A stretch of 64,000 bases of DNA, taken from Candidatus Hydrothermarchaeum profundi (GTDB taxonomy: Archaea > Hydrothermarchaeota > Hydrothermarchaeia > Hydrothermarchaeales > Hydrothermarchaeaceae). Where the stretch lies: assembly GCA_002011125.2 (NCBI GenBank), contig MTMF02000009.1, positions 96,001 to 160,000 on the forward strand, read 5' to 3'. Shown one piece after another: positions 58,480 to 64,000 of this stretch. The first letter of the stretch is position 1. Every line of letters begins with the position of its first letter. A model generated the notes under the pieces. It searched no databases. It was not told the DNA's origin and saw nothing but the letters and a program-made list of their open reading frames with translations. The position numbers and the translations under genes were made by a program.

Positions 58480-58504
58480 TAAAAATTAGGAGGAGAAGCA
58501 AGAC

Positions 58505-59311
58505 ATGGCTGGTTTAAGTGAAACCCGGAGAAAGATTCTCGAGCTAATATCCCAGGGAGAGGCTAAGAGGGTTAAAGACTTGGAGGAAGCCCTACAGATG
58601 ACCCGGCCAGCAGTTATCAGGCATTTAAACGAGTCAGAGGCCAAGGGCTGGATTGTTAGAGAGAAACACGGGAGGGAGACCTACTTGAGGGCCACGCCTG
58701 AGGGCCTTATCGCCTTGGGGATCCCACCTGAGGAGACATATAACGACCTGCTGAAGAAGCCCCACGCCAAGCTGGTTATACAGGAGCTGCTAATGGCTGC
58801 TAGGGTGATGACGCCAGAGGAGCTGGTGAAAAACGTCGTGGACAGGCATGGAGGCGTCATAAAAGAGGAAGCAGTAAGAGGAGCCATTGAAGACCTAGAA
58901 AAGGAGAGGATAATAGTTAAGAGAGAAGACGGCAAATTGGATATAAGTTATCTTGGCTTAGTGCTTATATCCAAGGAAGAGAACGGTTATAGCAGCCTCT
59001 TATCCATGTATTTTAAAAGACTCCTAGCTGAGGGATTCAAGTTTTACCAGGACCTGCTTAAGGGAATTATACCTCTGACTGAGAAGGCACTGGTTGTCAG
59101 CCCTGTGGATATAGTGGATGTTTTGAAAAACATGGATAAGGACCTGGCCTTATTCTTACGGAAACACGAAGCAACTATAAGCGCAGTCAAGGCCGATGAC
59201 AGTCTCTTTAACAAGCTAGAAGAGTCATTAAAGGAGTCCTTGTTCAAAAACCTATTAACCCTAGCTATCAAGAAACTACCCTCAGAGCTTCTTAAACGTG
59301 TCTGGAAATAG
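58505..59311 (+). CDS. Tandem winged-helix transcriptional regulator (putative element repressor)
   Basis: Two wHTH units (RRKILELI...MTRPAVIRHL...GWIVR; AVRGAIEDLEKERII); divergent from the replication operon. Confidence 0.75.
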   Translation: MAGLSETRRKILELISQGEAKRVKDLEEALQMTRPAVIRHLNESEAKGWIVREKHGRETYLRATPEGLIALGIPPEETYNDLLKKPHAKLVIQELLMAARVMTPEELVKNVVDRHGGVIKEEAVRGAIEDLEKERIIVKREDGKLDISYLGLVLISKEENGYSSLLSMYFKRLLAEGFKFYQDLLKGIIPLTEKALVVSPVDIVDVLKNMDKDLALFLRKHEATISAVKADDSLFNKLEESLKESLFKNLLTLAIKKLPSELLKRVWK

Positions 59312-59394
59312 ATCAAGCAAACCCTGACCCCTAGATATCTTAATAATAAGGGGTTCGAGGTCCCTATACGCTAACGTCTCAAAAAGAAGCTCTT

Positions 59395-59523
59395 TTAGGC
59401 TTTCCTTGGCGTCTTCTTCTTTACCACTGACTCAACCACCAGCGGCTCCGTGAACTCGACCTCCGTCCACTCCCCCGTGTCCGGCAACTCCTCCAAGCTC
59501 CTAGCCTTAACCTTCTTCATCAT
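59395..59523 (-). CDS. 42-aa hypothetical microprotein (not in the track)
   Basis: MMKKVKARSLEELPDTGEWTEVEFTEPLVVESVVKKKTPRKA; TTTATA box about 23 nt upstream. Confidence 0.45.
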   Translation of the reverse strand: MMKKVKARSLEELPDTGEWTEVEFTEPLVVESVVKKKTPRKA

Positions 59524-59645
59524 AATACTACTTCGCCCTCCTAACGTATAAATCCTCCTCAAAAAGAATTAGGAAGAGGCACACTAGAGAACTCCTTTGA
59601 CGGATAAGCTTTAAACGCTGAAAAAAACCACTTATTTTCTCGTAA

Positions 59646-59984
59646 ATGAAAGAAAAAAACTATAAGGATACGGTAAAAAAGAAACTGAAGAAATACCAGA
59701 AATCTGATATAATAATCACTAAACATGCAAAAATACAAGCCGAAAGGAGGGGGATTAGCTTAGAGGAGGTAATAGAGAATGTTACAAACCCCAAGAGGCT
59801 GGTCTTTGCTGGGAAACAAGTAGCAATGAGACCTAATGAAGAAAAATATGATTGCTATTTCGGTTATAGCAAAACCCAAGCACACCGATATATTTTAGTA
59901 TTAAGTGATAAGGTTATTATACCTACTGTGATAAAAATTAATAGAAGATGGCAACATAAGGTTGAGAAACATGCGAGATTTTGA
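59646..59984 (+). CDS. DUF4258-family putative toxin
   Basis: ITKHAKIQAERRGIS.EEV...V.NP pattern, IPTVI. Confidence 0.72.
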   Translation: MKEKNYKDTVKKKLKKYQKSDIIITKHAKIQAERRGISLEEVIENVTNPKRLVFAGKQVAMRPNEEKYDCYFGYSKTQAHRYILVLSDKVIIPTVIKINRRWQHKVEKHARF

Positions 59985-60333
59985 ATTTAGTTATGATGAA
60001 GAAAATGATGACCTTTTTTTATTTAGAAAAGATGTTAAATCTAAGGGTAGCATAGAATTCGGGAACCTAGTATTAGACTTTGACAATAAAAAGAACCTAG
60101 TAGGGATACAGATAATGGAGGCGACTGAGTTCATATGTGAAATAACCGGCTGTGATAAGAAACTGGCTAGGAATATATTGGTTAATTTGAAAAAGAGCCA
60201 AGTTGAGATAAAGCTGCATAGAAATATGATAATATTCAAGATCTTTCTTTTTAGTAAGTTCGAGGAGAAAATGCAGATCCCTATAACATTACCAAATATT
60301 ACCTCGCCAAGCCCTGCACTAATCTATACTTGA
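59971..60333 (+). CDS. DUF2283-family putative antitoxin
   Basis: YDEENDDLFL...LVLDFD....LVGIQI..A pattern; overlaps the toxin stop. Confidence 0.78.
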   Translation: MRDFEFSYDEENDDLFLFRKDVKSKGSIEFGNLVLDFDNKKNLVGIQIMEATEFICEITGCDKKLARNILVNLKKSQVEIKLHRNMIIFKIFLFSKFEEKMQIPITLPNITSPSPALIYT

Positions 60334-60387
60334 TTTTGGCGCTATTTCAAGAATTGCATAAAGCTTTATGGAGGTTAGGATTCCCCG

Positions 60388-60609
60388 ATGTCTAGCATGA
60401 GGTTTGACGTCGAGCTAACCCCCGAGCCGGAGGGCGGCTACACAGTCGTCTGTCCTCTAGTAAAAGGCGCTGTCTCCTACGGTAAAACCGTAGAGGAAGC
60501 CCTAGACATGATAAAAGACGCCATCGAAGGCATCCTAGAGGTCAGGGGCGAATTAGAGAAGTACGCCCCAATAGAGATAGGTGAATACAAGGTTAAAACC
60601 ACTGTCTAG
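60388..60609 (+). CDS. hicB: HicB-family antitoxin (short form)
   Basis: EGGYTVVCP...GAVSYGKTVEEAL.MIKDAI. Confidence 0.88.
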   Translation: MSSMRFDVELTPEPEGGYTVVCPLVKGAVSYGKTVEEALDMIKDAIEGILEVRGELEKYAPIEIGEYKVKTTV

Positions 60610-60818
60610 GGGTCGTGTTCAAGGAACTCTCTGACGCTTATCCCCGCCTCTCTTATTATCGCCTTGATCGTGCCCCTCGGTATCTCTCTATGATATGGCA
60701 CCGGCACTATCACGCCTCCTCTCCGCATGATGTAGTGCTTCCCTACCCTTGCTATCGTGAAGCCCAGCCGCCTGAGGGTTGCCACGATGTCCTTGCCTGA
60801 CTTGGATTTAAGTTTCAC
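60606..60818 (-). CDS. hicA: HicA-family mRNA interferase toxin
   Basis: SGKD.V..L.RLGF...R.G.H...VPVP.H.EI..GT..AI...AG; GTG start overlaps the integrase stop. Confidence 0.88.
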   Translation of the reverse strand: MKLKSKSGKDIVATLRRLGFTIARVGKHYIMRRGGVIVPVPYHREIPRGTIKAIIREAGISVREFLEHDP

Positions 60819-62008
60819 GTGAACAGCTCCCTAGCACCTTTCTCCTCGACAATCCTTCTAAACCTCTCCCTCACGCTTGGGAACTCCTCTGCAACTGCTT
60901 TGAGGAAGTCTATCATGAGCTCCTCGAACCTGTCCACATCAAACCCCGCCCTATCACCCAATGGCAACCCGCATTTTCTGCAAAACAAGCTGGCCGGGTC
61001 TGTCTTCTCCTTGCACCTTGGGCACTCCATTACCCTGATAACTGGATCCTGGGCCTCCTTGGCTTCCTTGTATCCGTAGACCGCAAGTAGGCTCCCGTCC
61101 ACGTCACGGCCGGATAGGTGCACGTATATGCTGGGCATCTCGCTGTCCCTTCCCCAGCCGAAGAACTCCCGCATCTCAGGCTCCTTCAAATGCCTAGCCA
61201 AAAACGTGGCCCGGGCATGCCGAAACGCATGAGGGTTAACCCTCTTCTTTACCCCTGCTTTAACAGCCAGCTCCCTCAACAGGCGACAGGTGAAGCCATA
61301 GGACAAGTGGTTGTTCTTCCACTTCGGGTTGTTCGGCGTGGGCGTCTTACACCAGAGGTAGGCGTCGGGGTCATCCTTCCGGGGGTGCTCCTCGATCCAC
61401 CTCTCCAAGGACAAGGAGCTGGCAACGAGCCTTACACGCCTGTCCCCCGTCTTACCGCTGACCCTGAGCACGGCCCCGTACCTGTCAAAGCTGACATGCC
61501 TTAGTCTAAGTGGGAGGAACTCGCCGATCCTGCAGCCAGACTCATAGAGAGCCAGCACCAGGGCCCTATCACGGGTAGTATAAGCAACAGCTGCCAGCTT
61601 CTTTATGTCTTCCTCGGTCAAGACCTCCTCAGGCGTGGTGCCGTTCTTAGGCTGCTTAACCTTGATCCAGTCAACCGCTTCGCCTTTGCCAAGCCAGCGC
61701 ATGTAGCGCCTGAGGATCACCTTGTGGTCGTGCTTGGTCCAGCCGCTGTAGCTGCTTCTCTCCAGGCCCGCCACGTATGCCTTAACGTCCTCCATCGTGA
61801 GATCCTTGAATGGCTTACCCAGCCTCCGGCTTATACTGCTTAGAGCTGAAACGTATTTCATTACCCTGCTTGTGCTGTAGCCCTCAGCCAGCAGGTCGTT
61901 GCAGAAGCGCTCAACGTCCCCTCTATCCTCGGGGTGCAGCCTGGATATACATCTCCCGGCATATTTCTCCAGGTTGTCATCTCTCTTATATAGGTCCTCG
62001 GAAGCCAT
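60815..62008 (-). CDS. int: Tyrosine recombinase/integrase with C-terminal Zn ribbon (SNJ2-like)
   Basis: ESGCRIGE (R), GKTG (K), HAFRH (HxxR), FFGW, YVHL (Y); CPRC...CRKC tail; adjacent to the target tRNA. Confidence 0.92.
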   Translation of the reverse strand: MASEDLYKRDDNLEKYAGRCISRLHPEDRGDVERFCNDLLAEGYSTSRVMKYVSALSSISRRLGKPFKDLTMEDVKAYVAGLERSSYSGWTKHDHKVILRRYMRWLGKGEAVDWIKVKQPKNGTTPEEVLTEEDIKKLAAVAYTTRDRALVLALYESGCRIGEFLPLRLRHVSFDRYGAVLRVSGKTGDRRVRLVASSLSLERWIEEHPRKDDPDAYLWCKTPTPNNPKWKNNHLSYGFTCRLLRELAVKAGVKKRVNPHAFRHARATFLARHLKEPEMREFFGWGRDSEMPSIYVHLSGRDVDGSLLAVYGYKEAKEAQDPVIRVMECPRCKEKTDPASLFCRKCGLPLGDRAGFDVDRFEELMIDFLKAVAEEFPSVRERFRRIVEEKGARELFT

Positions 62009-62061
62009 GTCTTAAACCTCCTTTTCAACGGCTAATAAATTCTAAGGCTTAAGACATGGCC
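62004..62061. repeat. Inverted repeat pair at the integrase 5' end / att arm
   Basis: GCCATGTCTTAAACCT (62004-62019) versus AGGCTTAAGACATGGC (62045-62060), 15/16 complementary; third copy at 51454-51469. Confidence 0.75.
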
Positions 62062-62067
62062 CCAGAC

Positions 62068-62138
62068 AGCCGAGGAGGGGAGTCGAACCCCTGTAAACCG
62101 ATCTGCAGTCGGTCACATAGCCTCTCTGTCACCTCGGC
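62068..62138 (-). tRNA. tRNA-Cys (GCA)
   Basis: GCCGAGG/CCTCGGC acceptor stem, ACCGA-CTGCAGA-TCGGT anticodon arm, AGGGG-TTCGACT-CCCCT T arm, U73 discriminator; no encoded CCA, no intron. Confidence 0.96.
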
Positions 62139-62326
62139 ATAATACTAATAAACTTTTAACATTGTTATACCAAATCCTCTTTTCAAAAGAATTTACTGCA
62201 AGAGAGAAAAAGACATTTACACTTGCATTCTTCAGAAAAGTAGAATCACGGCCTTATTTTTCATTGCTCTAATCCCAGCATAGCTCTAATGAAAATTTAT
62301 TATATAATGAAATTACAAGTTAAAGC

Positions 62327-62830
62327 ATGAGCGCAATATTATTGGAAGGACTTAAAACCGGAATAACAATCGAAGAGGATGGTATAAAATTTTATTCTAA
62401 TGCGGCTGAAAAAACCCAAGACCCGGCTGGAAAAAGGACTCTAGAGTTCTTGGCTAAAGAAGAGAAAAGGCATAAAGAATTTTTAGAATCCCTCTTGAAA
62501 TCCGTAGAAGATAAAGAAAACCCTGAGAAGATCATAGAGAAGCACATCGGCAAACCGAAAATATTCCCGAAAGAAGAAGAATTCTCTGAAAAAATAAAAG
62601 CTGGCAGACAGGACAAAGAAATCCTAGAAGAAGCCAAAAAAGTTGAAGAGAGGTCTATAAACTACTATGCAGGATTATCAAATAAAGTAGGAGAAAAAGA
62701 GAAGAAGATTTTTGAAATCTTAGTTGGTGAAGAAAGGAAGCATAAAGAATGGATCGAGTATATGGAGGAAGCCCTAGAAATCCACGGATACTGGCAAGGA
62801 GTAGAGAAGTACTTTGAACTAGAAGGTTAA
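62327..62830 (+). CDS. Rubrerythrin/ferritin-like di-iron protein
   Basis: Repeated E...FY...LA.EE.RH and E...YY...EE.KH units. Confidence 0.85.
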   Translation: MSAILLEGLKTGITIEEDGIKFYSNAAEKTQDPAGKRTLEFLAKEEKRHKEFLESLLKSVEDKENPEKIIEKHIGKPKIFPKEEEFSEKIKAGRQDKEILEEAKKVEERSINYYAGLSNKVGEKEKKIFEILVGEERKHKEWIEYMEEALEIHGYWQGVEKYFELEG

Positions 62831-62837
62831 AGGCAAA

Positions 62838-63068
62838 CTAATCCCTGAACTCACCAACAACCGGAAAGACTTCTAATCTATCCTCTCCATGTGGGGCGTC
62901 TTCAAATTCCTCTGTAAGGTCATGGCCAGCTAGATGGTCGCCCATATGAACACCAGTCTCCCACATAAGGCTGTCAGACACATCATATACCTTCCCTTTA
63001 TAGGCTACATAAGCAGGCTTATTTACACCATCGTATTCTTTTAGCTCTTCTTTAGTAAAAACCTTCAT
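62838..63068 (-). CDS. Cytochrome b5-like haem/steroid-binding domain protein
   Basis: FT.EEL..YDG...AYVAY.GKVYDVS...W..G.H...H.AG.DLT......PHG. Confidence 0.88.
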   Translation of the reverse strand: MKVFTKEELKEYDGVNKPAYVAYKGKVYDVSDSLMWETGVHMGDHLAGHDLTEEFEDAPHGEDRLEVFPVVGEFRD

Positions 63069-64000
63069 TTATCCTCACCTCTTATCATAGCCGCAATGTC
63101 TTCTCCAAATCTATAGCACTCTTCGATATCTTTTTTTCCAGGCGCATACTTCACTTCCAAGGTATCTATCACCTGAAATCTTCCTCTACTCAGCTCTTCC
63201 TTTATAGCTTTTACTGCTCCTCCGCCCCATCCATACGAGCTAAAAGCAAACCACATCTTGTTCCGTGGCCTTAGTCCTCTTATGTAATGCAGGAACCCAG
63301 CTACAGTCGGATACATTCCTGAGTTAAGAGCAGGAGAGCCTACTAAAACCGCCTTTGATTCCATAACCTCTTTTGCAATTTCAGTCCAGTCGGAATTCCT
63401 TAAGTTAAAAAGCCTAACTTGGATGTTATTCTTCTCCATGCCTCGGGAGATCAACTTCGCCATCTCTGCAGTACTAGACCACATAGTATCGTATATGATG
63501 ACCGCCTTATTTTCAGCCTCCCCACTTGCCCACTTTGCATATGCTTCTATTATCTTTTCAGGGGCTTTCCTCCATATCAGCCCGTGTGCTGGAGCAATAG
63601 CATTAATGCGTATACCCATATTTTTTATTTCTCCTATTTTTTTAAGTACCACGGCTGAATAGGGCATTACAATAGCCGCAAAATATCTTGCAGCATGCTC
63701 CATTAATTTCTCGCTTGGAATCTCGTCATCGAAGCGCTCACTGCTAGCAATATGTTGACCAAATGGATCATTAGAAAAAAGAATTCCCTCTTTCTCCGAG
63801 TATGTGCACATATTATCCGGCCAATGAAGCATTTGGGCCTTGATAAATGTTAGAGTCCTTTCGCCTATTTTCAATGCGTCCCCTGTGTCTACAGCCCTCG
63901 CAGGCCAAGCACCATAATATTTCAATAGGCTCTCTTTCCCCTTATCAGATATAACAATCTCTGCGTCTTTTGATTCTCTCATAACTTCAAGTAATGCGCC
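63065..64000 (-). CDS. fprA: Flavodiiron protein FprA (5' end beyond the window)
   Basis: LHWPD, LFSND.FGQH, IAPAHG, flavodoxin domain (YDTMWSST, SYGWGG); the frame stays open to the window edge. Confidence 0.9.
   Translation of the reverse strand, partial: GALLEVMRESKDAEIVISDKGKESLLKYYGAWPARAVDTGDALKIGERTLTFIKAQMLHWPDNMCTYSEKEGILFSNDPFGQHIASSERFDDEIPSEKLMEHAARYFAAIVMPYSAVVLKKIGEIKNMGIRINAIAPAHGLIWRKAPEKIIEAYAKWASGEAENKAVIIYDTMWSSTAEMAKLISRGMEKNNIQVRLFNLRNSDWTEIAKEVMESKAVLVGSPALNSGMYPTVAGFLHYIRGLRPRNKMWFAFSSYGWGGGAVKAIKEELSRGRFQVIDTLEVKYAPGKKDIEECYRFGEDIAAMIRGEDK

Larger units (their letters stand above)
51432..62080. mobile_element. ~10.6 kb integrative element in tRNA-Cys (integrated plasmid or satellite-like)
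   Basis: 13-bp direct repeat AGCCGAGGAGGGG at both ends equal to the tRNA 3' end; integrase next to the tRNA; helicase, regulators and TA modules; mosaic base composition. Confidence 0.9.

Noticed and set aside
62327-64000. FprA, cytochrome b5-like and rubrerythrin-like cluster as a new system
   Set aside because: Ordinary oxidative/nitrosative stress genes of anaerobes
1-64000. CRISPR array, rRNA genes or IS transposases
   Set aside because: No regularly spaced repeats, rRNA-like tracts or transposase motifs were seen

Overview
Archaeal chromosomal segment (TATA/BRE promoters, GGAGGTGA ribosome-binding sites, archaeal ftsZ-secE-spt5-rpl11-rpl1 cluster, PAN, aMBF1, PurP, geranylgeranyl reductase). 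The gene content suggests an anaerobic, probably thermophilic euryarchaeal-type organism: cofC, early-branching dsrAB, cNOR and form III RuBisCO fit a Hydrothermarchaeota-like lineage, but that assignment is inference. 1-26 kb is mostly housekeeping. 26-49 kb is an anaerobic respiration and nucleotide region: norCB operon, dsrAB, class III and class II ribonucleotide reductases, succinate dehydrogenase/fumarate reductase, RuBisCO and cysS. 51.4-62.1 kb is a ~10.6 kb element integrated in the 3' end of tRNA-Cys (13-bp direct repeat). It carries a tyrosine integrase, an MCM-like helicase, divergent regulators, many micro-ORFs and three toxin-antitoxin modules. Top observations: (1) the class III RNR is cleanly split, with the glycyl-radical tail encoded as a separate 49-aa gene with its own perfect SD; (2) a candidate ~59-nt K-loop sRNA has a loop complementary to a hairpin inside that nrd operon; (3) the integrated element has a satellite/PICI-like layout and a Panacea-RelE-exonuclease cargo; (4) a free-standing protein looks like a domesticated intein-type LAGLIDADG DNA-binding protein; (5) ancestral-type dsrAB lies directly upstream of a di-haem cNOR operon. 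All calls are from reading motifs by eye; no database searches were run.
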